Assembly (NCBI RefSeq): GCF_009914755.1
Contig: NC_060931.1
Strand: one strand, 5' to 3'
Source: the human T2T-CHM13v2.0 reference genome, Homo sapiens
Length of the DNA stretch: 64,000 bases
In this document: in pieces, positions 13,145 through 27,257 of the stretch
How positions within the stretch are numbered: position 1 is the stretch's first letter
Layout: every line of letters starts with the position of its first letter
The notes under the pieces: generated by a model
What the model saw: only the letters and a program-made list of their open reading frames with translations
Databases searched by the model: none
What the model was told of the DNA's origin: nothing
Position numbers and translations under genes: made by a program

Positions 13145-14701
13145 GTTTAACTACTTCTTGGGACTTTGTTTCCTTATGAAGGCTTCCATGTCACATAAAA
13201 CTCAACCAGGGACCCTAAGAGGGTGGAGGAATATCTTTCATTCCTTTTAGTACAAACAGGCCCAAGTACATATCAAATTTAGTTTCATATGTAGATGATA
13301 AAATATCAGAAATTTCATATGAGATATATGGACACATATAAAAAAACTATTCTGGCTGCAAAAGTTTGTGGGCATAAAGCTGCAATAAGAAAAGTGATAA
13401 TATAATGAATTATTATGAAATAAAGATATTACAAAATTAAACTAGCCCCAATTAAGCACAACTATGGCAATGATAATGAAGTTATTTCTGAAGGCTTATT
13501 GTCTGCACTTGGGAACTGAGTTTATATTACCTATTTATGTTGCTACCTGCTGATAAAACCACAACACATCATTATTTATAGGGTGCTAAAGGAAAAAAGC
13601 TTACCATTACCACATTTGAGAAAGTCAATAAACATTTTTCATGGATGGATTTTAGTCAATGACTACACTTAGATTGAGCATTTTAAAGTACTCAGCCCAA
13701 AGATGTGTTTATCTAAACACTCATTTCTAACTGCATGTTTCTATTGCATTTATATATTTTACAACCTCCACTCTTACCACTAACCACTACTGGGTGGACT
13801 GAAGTCTCAAATACTAAAAGCACATAATAATGCAAAATGTTTTGAGAAGAGTATTGCAATAAAAATCAGTAAAGCTATTACCATGTTTAAAAAAGAAAAT
13901 CTAGTAACTATTAAAGGCCTTAAATTCAATATATGTTAGCATATCTGGAAAGCTCTTCAATCATAATGCCCTATATTTGCTTACCAGTTTATATTTTTCC
14001 AAAAAGTATATATATATATGATAGCTTATATTATGCCTCACAGGAAGCCAGAGTAAGAGGCACAGAAGATAATAATCTTGTCACATGAAACATGGATAAA
14101 TCGAATCTCAGTGAGATTGAATGACTTACAGGGGTCAACTTATGGTTAGGGGCAAAACAGGGTGGGACATAAATGTCACTCTTCTGATACCTTTGCCCAG
14201 GGCCATGTGCACTTTGCTGACAAACTTGTCCCAATAGTCACCAAACATACTGGTTTGGGAAGTGTGTGAAGTCTCCTGTTGGCACCAACATGGGCTGATT
14301 TCACAGGCTTCAGGACTGGATTCATCCGTTTACTTATGGGAACTGCATATCTTCATATCCTGAAGTTGTGATGACAACTCTAAAATGTTTGCAATGGAAG
14401 CTTAAAAGAACCTTGTAGGAAGATGCAGACTAAAATGGGAGCACTTGAGGGAATGAGGAGAGTATATGAAGCAATACCCTCTCTATCTATAGGTGAGAAC
14501 AGCCCTGGGGATGAAGTTGTCTAGAACCAATGCTAAGAACAAGCAACCGTTTTGCTCACTATTGTCTAAGTATCTTCACATATTCCCATTTCCATGACCT
14601 TCTCAAGCTTTCCCCTTACAGAAACACACTCCCTTCTCTTTCCTGTGTGAAAGCCACACTTCCTCTTTTGGAATCCTCCACTTAAAGAATTGTGGGTTTG
14701 C

Positions 14702-14973
14702 CGCCGGGCATGGTGGCTCACGCCTGTAATCCCAGCACTTTGGGAGGCTGAGGCGGGCAGATCATGAGGTCAGGAGATCAAGACCATCCTGGCTAACATG
14801 GTGAAACCCCGTCTCTACTAAAAATAAAAAAAAAATTAGCTGGGCATGGTGGCAGGTGCCTGTAGTCCCAGCTACTCAGGAGGCTGAGGCAGAAGAATGG
14901 TGTTAATCGGGCAGATGGAGCTTGCAGTGAGCTGAGATAGTGCCACTATACTCCAGCCTGGGTGACAGAGTCT

Positions 14974-15009
<36 letters not shown>

Positions 15010-15024
15010 AAAAGAAAAAAAAAG
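14702..15024 (+). mobile_element. AluY-like, full length, long A tail
   Basis: 'gagatcaagaccatcctggctaac', 'tgtagtcccag', 'ggagcttgcagtgag' are Y diagnostics; >30-nt poly-A. Confidence 0.93.
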
Positions 15025-15026
15025 AA

Positions 15027-15135
15027 TTTCACAGGTGAGGAAACTGAGGCTAGAAGATTTTAATTTGCCCAAGTACACACAAAATAAGATTTTGGTTTCC
15101 TAACTCAGTGATGTGAGTTTTACCCTCTGTACTGA
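15027..15135 (-). mobile_element. MIR core fragment
   Basis: 'tttcacaggtgaggaaactgaggct...tttgcccaagtacacac'. Confidence 0.7.
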
Positions 15136-18079
15136 ATTGCCAATTTCTGCATTCATCTTTCCTTTTACAATTAGTTATATTTCCATATGTACTGTATATA
15201 TCTTGCCAGAACAACAAAATTGGAAGCCCCCCAAAGGAGCCAGTTAGCATTGTTGTATTCTCCTTCCAAGACCTGGTACCATTTCCTGCTCATGACCTGG
15301 TGAGCTGAAATGCTAACAAAAGGCTGCCTTTCTTCCAGAGCAATTTTAGAGAGAAGGAATTTTTTGGCTATTCCCTTCCCCATCTTACTTAGAAGTATTC
15401 CCTAGTCTTTGGGTATCTGGCCCTCTAGCCAAGTGATGGTACTATGAAACACATATGGAGGCTCCCAGGGCTTCTCCACTCTTCTAGCAAGCTCCTGACC
15501 CACTACTATGAAACAGGATGCTGACTTACAAAAACTAGAGCGAAAACTAGAGGAATGTCACTACCCAGAAATACTTTCTAGAAGGTCAGTGACAACCCCA
15601 TAGATATGGAACAAAAGTTTTCTTGTTACAGCCCTCCAAGGAACAAGCAGTAATAAAGGTTTTTCTTTTTCTCCTCTTAAAAATTAATAATCCATTTCAG
15701 AGCGGATTTCAGTGTAATCAGAGGTACAGTTTTTGCTTATTGATTATTTAAAATACAATTGAACACGTACATGTAAGAAAAGGATTTCAAACTTAGAGCA
15801 CAAATGTCATCTCTATAAAGTCATCCTGGCTACTCTAGGTGGCCTCTCTCTACTGATCCTCTTTAGTACTTTATTGGAACTCTTTTTTTTTAAAAAAATA
15901 GTTGATTGTGTATGTGACTAAATTCTCCTACTTAAATATAAATATTTTGAGTGTTCTATTCTCATTTGATTTTCTCCTCTAAGATCATGGTGTGTGATAA
16001 ATCCTTAATATATATCAATTGAATACAAATAAAATAATCAGAGTTGGCAATTATCTGATGTTATGAAGTTGCTATGAAATAAACAAAGTTTCTCACTTTT
16101 AATATATTTATGTATTCCCATTTAAGGTGAAACAGAGAACAAAGAAAGAGACAAACGTTAATTTAAAAAGAAACGTGGGTCTTCTGCTAGCAAAGTGTGC
16201 TAAATCAGTGTGTGAGATCTCAGCTGATTCACTGTGGTTCAAATTCACAGTAGCAAGAAAGGAAAGTAAGAGTTTTTATTTTGATCTTAAGTATTCCTTT
16301 AGTATTATTCATGATGACAATCTCTTTCCTAAAAAAGTAATAATTTCTAAATTTCCAAAAAAGAAGAATGAAACTTAAGATTCACTTTTGAAGCTATTTC
16401 TAAAATAAGGTGCTTTTAGAAACATGAGGCAGTGAAAATGGTTACTTTTGACTCTGCAAGGTGTTAGTAACATTGAAACTAACCTAAAGCCCTAGCCCAG
16501 GAGGCCAAAATGTAGGTTCTGTGATAATTTACAACCCTCCATCCTTCAGTTTCTTCACTGCCTTTTTGGGTCCTTATAATCACCTAAGAGGTCATATGAT
16601 AAAATGACATTCTCACAAGTGTGACAGTAATTGTAATAGTCCCAGCTGTGACTTGGTCTCAATAACTATTCAGTTGGCCCACGTGAGGGTGATCATACAG
16701 TGCTTTTGCAGCTATTCTAACAATGGATCCTTTGAGACACCGTTTTTTTTTTTTTTTTTTTTCTTGCAAAGCCTTGTAGTCAACACACCAGGATGACTTT
16801 AAAGTGCCATTTATTTAATAATCGAGGTCATGTGCAGGGTGCTATTTTACAGTCACTTAAATATACATGAGACTAATTTTAAATTTCAGGAACCCAATTT
16901 CATTTTTGCATCTTAACAAAATGTACAGTGTTCTCTGGTAATAGAGGAAAGGCTTCTATGTGTCCCTAAGTTATTACCCAGAATATATGCAAGATTACAA
17001 TCATTACGACTCTACTTTTAGGAGCTTGCAATCTGAATTTCCAAAAAAAAAAAAAAAAAAAAAAAAAGCCAAAAAGAAAAGAAAAGAAAAGAAAAACAAT
17101 AGTGGGGCTCAAGAGAAAGAAATTCCTTTCAGGTTTTTTTTTTTTTTCCAGTTGTAAAGATTTATAGGTGTATTTTGGACTTTCTTCTCACTACCCCTTG
17201 GTTGACTTGTGTATTAAAGAGTTTGCTATCTATTTTGAAACTACTGTATTAACAAATTCCTCACACTTTGGGAAGAAATAAGAAAAATGAAAAGGGTCAA
17301 TAATAGGTACATAACTCAGAAAAGATTAGTTTGTTATAAGCAATGGTATTTTCTGTGGAGCTCATTTAAAGCAGTTAGTGATTTTGTAAATTTGATATTA
17401 ATGAGTATAAAGAATTATCAAAGGGCATGTACTATTTGGTCTTATATTAAATATTTCCCATGCCGATGCTCGTGAGTATTAAGCTTAAAATTGTCCTGCT
17501 GAAAGGGAACCCACAGAGTAGAAAAAATACCCGAGAATCAGAGTGCTGGCTTAAAGTCCTATATTCTCCTCTACACTGAGCTTTTGTTGTGATTCATTTT
17601 TTCTGTGCCTCCATTTCTTCATCTACAAAATATATGTGACTTTATACTCATAGTCACATCCCTGCCTTGAGAAGTGTTTAATTTTTGATAAAACTGATAT
17701 GGATAATTCATTCAAGTTTTATATACATACAAACATGTATGTGTGTGTGTACACATATATTTGCCACCCACTGTCACACCTGGGCAACTTCAATATTGGA
17801 AAACAGTCCTACAAGGAAGAAAATGAGAAAAGAATAAGAAAAAATAGGGACTAAAGTAGAGAAAGAATAAATAAAGTTATCTACATGGGGACTTACAGAC
17901 AAAAGGAAATATTCACCAAAGGCATGCAGCTTGAAGGATGACAAAAGAAAAAAATATTACATGTTCCATGCCCACACAAAGCAGGGACAAACAAGGGAAT
18001 TATGAGTGTGAGAAGGTTGAAGTTGAGAAAAAATTTACTGAGAGGAAGAAAGGAAAATGAAGATCAACATTAATAATTG

Positions 18080-18335
18080 AACTTGAGACAGAGATATTAA
18101 AATCAGCAAACAGATTTAGATGGGGTTAGGACTATACATTCATTTTCAACATGGTGAGTTTGAAGTGACAGCAGAATATTCATGCACAGATGTCCAACTG
18201 ACATTTGGACAGTTGGGACTGAAGTTCAAAAGAGAGGTGAGAGTTACAGATTGGTTTTGAGGAGTATTCTGGAGGTGATAATTGAAGCCATGAAAGTGGA
18301 TAGAGTTTCCAAGGGAGAATGAATAAAATAGCATG
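18080..18335 (-). mobile_element. L2 fragment
   Basis: 'ttttcaacatggtgagtttgaagtg...agatgtcca...ggtgataattgaagccatg'. Confidence 0.7.
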
Positions 18336-19397
18336 GAAAAATGTCAGATCTGATGTGGCAAAACGTAATCATTGGAACACTTAAATTATCATCTTCTAAG
18401 ATAATTTATGATGTAAACGTTAATCTAAATACTTTAAAATTTTTTTAAAATTATGTTTAAAAACATGCAAAAAATTATTTTGTAGTTTCAAAAGACAGGT
18501 GTTACAGAAATTGAACCTTTATTTTTATGAGAGCATCAACAATAATATACAACTAGAAATTATTTGTGGGCTTCAGCGGTAGGCAGAGCTGGGTTTGAAT
18601 TTCTGTTCTTCCCTTTGATAGCCTTTTGTCTGCTTTCTGATAGCATGCTCTTAACCATTACACAATCATCCTGCTCTTATAAAGCTGGATTATCTGCTGA
18701 GAGCATCAGGAATTGACATCTAGGATAATGAGAGAAGGCTGATCATGGACAACATATAGCCTTTCTAGTAGATGCAGCTGAGGCATAGCTCAGGATTTAT
18801 AAAGATTTTAGGTTGCATCAACCTGGAACTTTCTCAGGCATTATACACTCAGGTGTCCTAGAGAAAGGTAGAGGTGGTAATTTGTAGTTGGTGATCTTGG
18901 GTAGGTGTTGCAGAAAAATAGAGGAGCAATGTTGGAACAGGGATTCACAGAGGTGTAGCAAAAACTTAGAAAGCAGTGATACGCATAAAATCTTTGGAGT
19001 AAATGAACACACACGTGTCAGGATTAATAGAAGGAAAAGAGACAAGAAGCAGACAAACTAGGAAGATACTGAGATCAAGAGCTGGAGGTCTCTGTGAAAT
19101 GGGAAAGAAGGGATGGTAGGTAGGTGTGGGCTCACGAGACAGATGAATTAGTGTTTGTTCTAGCAAGTACAAGATTCTGGGCAGGTGAGTAGGTAGTTGA
19201 AATAGAATGGCCAATGGAGTTAAATAGCTTAGTAACTGTGAGACTAGATTATTTGTCAGGTCACTTATATGCATGTTGAAATATAGGTTAGCATGAAAGA
19301 AGACTACAATTTAGCCTCCAAAGTTTTCAGTCACAAAGAGAGTGATCAGAAGGCAGGTGACAGCGAGAGATAGATGACAGTGAAAACAAGTATCATA

Positions 19398-19451
19398 TTA
19401 AGTTGGTGCAAAAGTAATTGTGGTTTTTGCAATTAAAAGTAATGGCAAAAA
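19398..19451. mobile_element. MADE1 (Hsmar1-derived MITE), one end truncated
   Basis: 'ttaagttggtgcaaaagtaattgtggtttttgc...aatggcaaaaa' is the MADE1 terminal inverted repeat, preceded by TA. Confidence 0.85.
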
Positions 19452-22400
19452 TAGAATTAGGAAAGAAGACTTTAGACCAAGGTGGAAGACTAATGCCTAG
19501 AAGAAGTGGGGAGGTCTCCTGATCTGACATCAGGGTTGTGGGGTTTGAGAGAACGAGCTGCCTCTTTTTGGAATGAATGAATGAAGCAGCAGCACCCTCA
19601 GGGGTTGGGCAGATTTCAACCAACACAGGAAGCAAAGAGGTCATTGTCTGAATTATTAACTAAGAAACATGTATCTGGGGGATGGCAGGAAAGGTTGCAG
19701 GGGATAGGCTAAAGTAAGAATGAAGTAGCCTTAGAAAAGTAAGGGCACGAAGGTATAAGTGAGTTAGGAGGGAGAAAGCTATGGATGGTGTAGGATTTGG
19801 GGCAGCTGATAGAAAACCACAAGGAGGAGAGGCCTGCTGTCTCAAATACCATAGCATGCTCACATGCTTCAGGACACACCTGCTCCCCTCTCTGGGAAGT
19901 AGTAATGACCATGATGAAGTTTGTGAAAGATTCACAAACGCTCTATTAGGGTACATGCTTCCATGGAGTTCACAGAAGGGAAGGAAGAGACCCAGTTGGG
20001 ATGTGGCAGTGATGTACATAAAGATGTTCCATGTTACTGAGAATTACATGTACACATTCTACATTTTTCCTACTTAAAAAAATCATCACTATGAGAGCAT
20101 TAAAAGGAGTGTTTAAAGTGAGTGTTATTTGTATTAACTTTTCTTGTTTTATTAATTTGTGTTCCTTCTTCATTCACTCCCTATTCCTGATGTTATGTGT
20201 CTTTCTGTAGCAGACTCAATGTGGCACAGATGTCCTATACACTGTAGTAGAAAGGAAATGGTTTCCTTAGCAACAATAACCACACAAAAGCCAGCAGAAT
20301 TTTCTTTGCTGCTCATGTGCCATTTTCACAGTTTAAAGAATCCAAACAGTAGGAAAGAATAATAAACATCTGATTGGAACATATTGCAATGGAGACATAT
20401 AGAATGAATGCAAAAAGGCATCTGCTATTTATAAACAGTTGATGGTGATTTTAAGTGACCCAAACTTAATCATCATGATTCATTCTTTTTCTCAGTGAAA
20501 CAGGTAAAAAATCATACTATATCTAGTTGAGTGGAGTGAAATATACTCCTTCAAGATACTTTCACTGTCACTGAAATCTGATAATTGTAAATACGTTTTT
20601 GAGCCACTACAAGATAATGTCCTGGGCAATAATTGGATGTGTGCTAGGCAGAGAAAGATTTGTTTTGTTGTTCAAAGAGAGCCTCCATGAATTTACTGTT
20701 CCTAACTGCATCTCCCTAGAAGGGATTCTTGGGATTTATGTCTCTTCTAGTCTTCTGCTACTGAATTTTTGCTTTGCACCTTCCCATTTTAGCAGTTCTA
20801 AAGTGAAGCTTGAAGGCCCCATAATTATGTATGAAAATACATTCACTTTCCCCTCCATCTCTTTGTCTCTTTGTGAGTTTCTTTTTTGTTGTTTTTTTTT
20901 TTTTAATGAGTGGTCATTTGATTGTAATTTCTTGCCAGAAAGTTCGCCTGCTGACAACATGGTAGTAATGGTAATAAGAGCCTGGTAAAGAAAAACAGAA
21001 TTTGCAAATATGTGCAATTATTATAAATTGGTAGGAATGTTTTTAAAGTCTCTATTAAAGTCCTAATGTCCTGCTGAGCCATCCTTGCAAGATGACAGGG
21101 CACAACTGAAAAGGTTTTATAATTTGAAAGAGGAAAAATTCAAAGATGATTGCTAAAAATGCAAGACAATTACTAGCTTGGGGAAATTTTATTTGGGCTA
21201 CTGAAAGGACTGCTTCGCAGAGACCATGGGGGCTGCATTCAATGCTCAAAGGTCACCTGGGGCAGCATGCACCTTCCCGTGCCTGGCTACAGTGATGATT
21301 AGTGGTCTCCTCAAGCACTTGGCCATTAGCTTTATGATGCAAAGCCACATTGATTCTAGGATTACGAGTTTTTGGAAACCAGGAGTGTGAAAAACGACAG
21401 ACGAGAGCCACTCAAGAGATTCAGGAAATGAGCCAGAGCTGAGGTCCTAAACAGAAATTAACTCAGTGCCATATGACCCCAGTCATCCACAGCCATGTTT
21501 TAAATCCCCTGGCAGATGACTTTTCTAAGAGGCAATCCTAAGAGCTATGATAAATTCTGTTGGTAGAAGTAGTTGGTGCTGCTTCAAAGACAAAATGCCC
21601 ATGTGCTTTTCCATATCACATCTTACAAATAAAAATACCCAATGCCTATGTCAAGTCCAATCTCCACAGGTTCAGAGTTACTGGAAAGAGAGTATCCAAT
21701 GAACAAGATTATAGTCAAAATATTACGCACTAACGTTATCAAAATCAATCCATAGTATCTTATCACAAATATAGTGTTTGAGACTGCAAACAAGTCTAGG
21801 AAGTCTGTAAGACTCTTAAATTCTATTTAATTTGAGGCCTAAATTAAATTGGATTAGATCAAAGTCATATTTGAATAGGTATTTTTTTTAAGTTGCTAAC
21901 ACATATTACACAGAACATGATTAATTTCTATGATAAAAGGGAAACTGTAAATTTTCAAATTTTGTAGGTATGGGAGACACATCAACTCTAAAAGATCACA
22001 ACCAAATATGCTGTACCACGCCAAGGTTAATTGAGCAGGTAAGGATAACTGTGGAAGAATCCCGCACAACTGCCTCATAATCTGACTGGGTGCTCTTCTG
22101 GGGAGTGAGGCTAGGCTCATGGATACCAGCTTTAATGTTATTCTGCTCAGCGTTTTAGTATTATAGGCATTAATCTGATTTAATCTGTCACCTTGGATCA
22201 ACCCTGAGAGTCAACACTTCACAATTAATATATTAAAATATAAGAAAAACATTCTGCTTTAGATTAATTTCATAACCACTAAATACTTGTACATTTTTGT
22301 GGTGATGCCAGGAATCTGAAGTCTGCTCAATGATCCACTTATTTATCAACTTCAATGCTGACAAAGTTTCAGGTTAGCAAAGAAAGTTAGATAATTTTTG

Positions 22401-22673
22401 AAGTTATTTGCAAGTAAATTTATTACTTTTTGATTATAATAAGGTTTTTAACGTAAGGAGTTAGGAGCCATAGTCTTTATTGTCACCAAAAGCCTTAACT
22501 GTCGTCTCTTATATAACTGTGATTAGAAAATGACCTCAAAATATGTTACCCTCTGTCTATACAACCTTAAATATTCAGTTAAAGCATATGGGTTTGGCGA
22601 TCATTTAGCTCTGAATTCCAAGTATAACATTAATGTTCAGTCCAGGGCAAGTTACTTCATCTCATCTCTTTGA

Positions 22674-22992
<319 letters not shown>

Positions 22993-23081
22993 TCCTTGAC
23001 CTTCTTTTCTTCAACAATAAAATGGTTATGGTAATACTTAACTTGTAGAATTGATATAATGGTTAAATTTTAAAAATTAGC

Positions 23082-23390
23082 ACCAGGCACGGTGGCTTGC
23101 ACCTGTAATCCCAGCTACTCAGGAAGCTGAGGCAGGAGGATCACTTGAGGCCAGGAGTCCAAGACCAGCCTGGGCAAAATAGCGAGACCCTGTGTCAAAA
23201 AAAATTTTTTTAAAAATTAGTGGGGCATGGTGGCATGCTCCTGTAGTCCTAGCTACTTGGGAGGCTGAAGTAGGAGGATCGTTTGAGCCCAAGAGTTCGA
23301 TGTTACAGTGAGCCATGATTACACTATTGCACTCATGGTCTCAGTGACAGAGTGAGACCCCATCTCTAAAACGCTAAAAAAAAAAAAAAG
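23082..23390 (+). mobile_element. AluJ, full length
   Basis: 'ggaggatcacttgaggccaggag', 'gatcgtttgagccc', diverged body, A tail. Confidence 0.9.
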
Positions 23391-25294
23391 ATAAGAATTA
23401 ATATACGTAAGATGTTCAAAAATGTCTGGCCTATACTGAGCACTTAATAACTGTTCATCTAGGTTATTTTCAAATACTTTTAAAAAAATCACACCATTAA
23501 AACACGTAAGATTAAATAAAACATTTGCTTTTCGTTTTCTTGTCATAGACAACACAGCCTTACTATTGGCCTTACTTCAGAAATTTCCCAAATTTTCTCC
23601 ATTTTTCAGCTCATGGCACGACTAATATACTTTATTCTAGTCCTGCAAGACTCTTACTGACAAAGAAGCATCATTTAGTACTTTCCAATTTTGAATTAAG
23701 AAAAATGGAAAATGACACATTTATTTCTTCATGCAGTCAAATAGCATTTAGGAAGCAGCTGAGTACCTGAAAATGGCAATAATTTTGGCATCCCGGGCTG
23801 CCACACATTAGTTCTGGGGTGCGGGTAGATCATTAAACCTCCCTGCCTCGGTTTAGTCATCTGTAAAATGAGGATAATGCTTGGGCTGGGTGCTGCAGAG
23901 AACAGTGTGTAAAGATAACTATTCCAGGAAGCAATCATCAGGCTGAAAATGAGCTGACATTTGGGTTGGTGCTTTCAAGGAGCAGGGGAATTGAGAAAGT
24001 CAGAGGTGTGAGATGGCCCCGTTGATGACATCTCTTGGAAGTCGTTCCTTTATCTTATGCCTCACAGAACCATGTGAGCAAAGGCATGGAGTTGGGAAAG
24101 CTGAGAGCGTGCTCAGGAAATGGGAAGAGGGAAAGACCAATTTTCCTGAACATTCAATGTGAAATAGAGAGTGGAGTAAGAGAAGGCTGGAACAGATCCT
24201 GAACGGTGGAAGGATGCTGAGGGCCTTGAAAATCTGAGAATTCTATTTTTTAAAGTGTGAGAAAGGCATGGAGGTGAGAATGGCGGTTGGAACAGGAAGA
24301 AGAAAAATGCTTGAAAAATATGCCAACAAGATTGATCTGACCCTAATAAAGGACTGAATTTCACTGGTGAGAGAGTGCTAACAAAGCAATCTATCCAGGA
24401 TGATGAAAGACAGGGCTATCAACAGACACAGTTTAAAAAAAAAAAAAAAAAAACAGAGGAAAACCAAGGTTCAAATGGATTTGTCCTCCAGGTACATACT
24501 CAGAGGTCAGGAGAAAGGAGATGCTTACATTAGCAAGCTATGTGTAGTAAAATCTATCAATATATAATACCATGAATACTTTCATTGTCCTAACACTTTA
24601 TTGAGAGGTTCCATCAGATAACTTACTCTTTTCAATCCTTATCTTTTCTTCTATAATTTCAGTACCATAGCTGATTTTAAAATAGTAGCTTTCCTCATTG
24701 ATAATAATATATAAAACTATTATTTATAGCATCAAGGCCTAAAAAAATTCATGTAATCAGCCTGAGAATTGAAAAACTATAGCCTAATGCCTAAATCACA
24801 GGCTGAGATTTTATTCTGCTTCTGTCATAGATTTCCTATTTTAGATATGGAAAGTAATCAACTCTGAGCTCATGTCTCCTTTTTACAATATGAGGTTTTA
24901 AAGTTTGACTTACTAGCAAACATGCAGTTTACAATATTAAAATGAAACTGATATAAAATTTGAGAAAACACATAGTTTACAAAAACAAAGAAACTTTGTC
25001 CCCGTTATTGTCCCCATTATTCTAATATACTAAATAATTAACTCTTTTGAAAAAGTAAATTCATAGTTGATAGGAAACCTTGACATTCAAGTTTTTAATT
25101 GCTGTACTTTTCTTCTATTTCTCCTCTTATTTACCATTTCAGAAGAGAGGAACTACAAACCAGGCTCTTGAAAAATCAGAATTCAAATGGAATTGCTCTA
25201 TTCCAAGTAATAACTGAATCTGACACACAAAAAAAGATGCAGCCATACCTTCCAAATACCTTGAAATCCTCAATAACAAAAGAGAGCCTACACA

Positions 25295-25298
<4 letters not shown>

Positions 25299-25325
<27 letters not shown>
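25299..25325. repeat. (CA)n microsatellite
   Basis: Perfect CA run of about 13 units. Confidence 0.9.
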
Positions 25326-25509
25326 ACCGCAATGCATGACAAATGAGTGACTTTTTTTCTCTCACACAGACAGAAATATTTCTGGCTTAATTGGTAGCTT
25401 TTGTATCAACTACCCAGTAGGATACATAGATGTAGAGGAAAAGAAATCAGAGAAAACCAATCCTTTAATTAGCTTGCACCTATATGTACAAGAATAAACA
25501 TTTTGTAGA

Positions 25510-27257
25510 TGTTCCTGACCTCCAGCTTCCTTCTCTCTCTCCCCTACTCAATAACATCACTCCTGCAGTGGCTGCTCTTTCCCCTGCATCGCCAGTTTTC
25601 CTCTCTTTACTGGATCATTTCAATCACATATACATACGCTAGAATATCTCCAATCATTAAAACAAAACACAACAAAAACCTATTTTCACCCCCCATCTCC
25701 CAACAAATACCCAATTCTCTGCTTCCTCTACGGTAAAACTCCCTATGGGAAGTCCACACTCAGCTTTCTCTAATTCTTTTCTTTAGATCATTTTCAAAAC
25801 TCACTCCAGTCAGGCATTTGTCCACACCATTACATTTCTCTTGTCCTATTTACCAAGACATCCACATTGCAAATCCAGGGGTCCTTTCTCAGTCTTCGTC
25901 TTAGCTGAGCTGTGAACAGCATTTGAAACAGCTGGTAAGTTTCTTAAAACACTTTCTTCAGTTAATTTCTACAAACGCACACACTCCTTGTCTTCTTACT
26001 TCACTTGTTAATCCTTTTTGGTTTCTTTTTCTGGCTTCTTCTCTTCTCTCCAAACTCTAAATGTTTAAGTTCTAAATGTTTAAATCTGAGGATTGGTCTT
26101 TAGACTACTTCACTTCTCTATCTATACTCATTTCCTATATGAAGTCATTCAGTCTTATGGATTTAAATACCATCTAGAATCTAACAGCTTTCAAATTTAT
26201 GTCCCTAGCTCCAAGCTCTGCACTGGACTCCAGATTCATGTATCCAGCTGCAGATCCACACCTGAATGTGGACGTCTCACAGTCATCTCAAGCTTTGCAT
26301 GCTCCACCCAGAACATTTGATTTTGCATTTCGCCTCCTAACCTGCCCATCCTACAGTGTTCTCCTCCCTAAATAGTAACTTTATTCCATGAGTTGATCAA
26401 GCCCCAAATCTTGGAGTCATCTTTCATGTATTTTCTTTTGCTTACACCTCTTATCCGGTTTTATTAGTAATTCTGTCATTGTATTTTTAAAACATAACCT
26501 ATGACCACTTCTCAGTGGTTCCACAACCAGCTTCTGAACAAGTTACCACACGACTGCTTCCTCGCCAGTCTCTCTGCTTCCACTATCGTCCCCACTCCCT
26601 AGTCCAGTCTCCACACAGAAGCAAGAGTGAGGCTTTAAAATGTTGTACATATAAATGCATACAATCTGTGTTTGTAAATTATGCCTTAATAAAGCTGAAA
26701 AAAAAACATGTAAGTCAGATCAGTTACGTGCATGCTCAAAACTCTCCAAAGTGTTCCAGAGCCCAAGTCCTTGCTGGGTTCTGAGTCTCTCTTTTATTTC
26801 CTGCTCCAGGCAGCCTGACTTCCTTGCTATTCCTTGACCGTTCTGCACATGCTCTTCCCTCAGGCCCTTTCACTTGCTGTTTGCCCTAAATTCATTTTGC
26901 CCCCGACACCTGCTTGGTCACTCCTTCACTTTCTTCAGGATTCTGCTCAGATATCTTGTTATCAGAGAGGTCTTCCCTGACCATGCACCGTGACCACAGT
27001 AGGTGACCCCTGCCACACATGTGCATGCCAACACACACACACACACACACACACATGTCACTATTCCTTTGCTTTATTTTCTTAAGAGCCCTTATCGCCA
27101 CCTGACATTTGTTTTTTGTTCATTTATTCATTTATTTATATAGTGTTTCATTTCTTACATCCATAAAATACAAGCTTTATGAGATCAATAACTTTTTCTG
27201 TTCTGTTAAAACATATTCTGAGGGCATAGTACATGGTTAAGGAATAAATGAATGAAT
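25510..27257 (+). mobile_element. Long L2 (L2a-like) 3' segment
   Basis: Pyrimidine-rich L2 body ('cagcatttgaaacagctgg', 'atttaaataccatcta', 'tcttggagtcatc', 'tcagagaggtcttccctgacc') ending 'ataaatgaatgaat'. Confidence 0.85.
26641..26706 (+). mobile_element. Very short L1 (L1MA-like) 3' end inserted in L2
   Basis: 'catacaatctgtgtttgtaaattatgccttaataaagctgaaaaaaaaa' resembles an L1 3' terminus with poly-A signal and A tail. Confidence 0.6.

Larger units (their letters stand above)
12386..13254 (+). mobile_element. MER34-family ERV1 solo LTR, interrupted by AluJ and STRs
   Basis: Starts 'tgatgggattcaggacacattaccccaaaatatagcacc'; shares blocks (gaacagacaggc..tgct, attatcattaaatcat, catcaaacttagcataaaa) with the 34300 copy. 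Confidence 0.7.

Noticed and set aside
16127-16265. Possible 139-nt + strand exon (aag|GTG...AAA|gtaaga)
   Set aside because: Weak AAG acceptor with a poor pyrimidine tract; the peptide is not recognised.
17043-17100. Orphan poly-A tracts (also ~10995-11011, ~24435-24453, and T20 at ~16743)
   Set aside because: No attached retroelement body or convincing TSD; simple mononucleotide runs.
26055-26085. Short tandem duplications (also ~15531, ~24996, ~33958-34000, ~42735-42780)
   Set aside because: Ordinary 10-25 bp slippage duplications.
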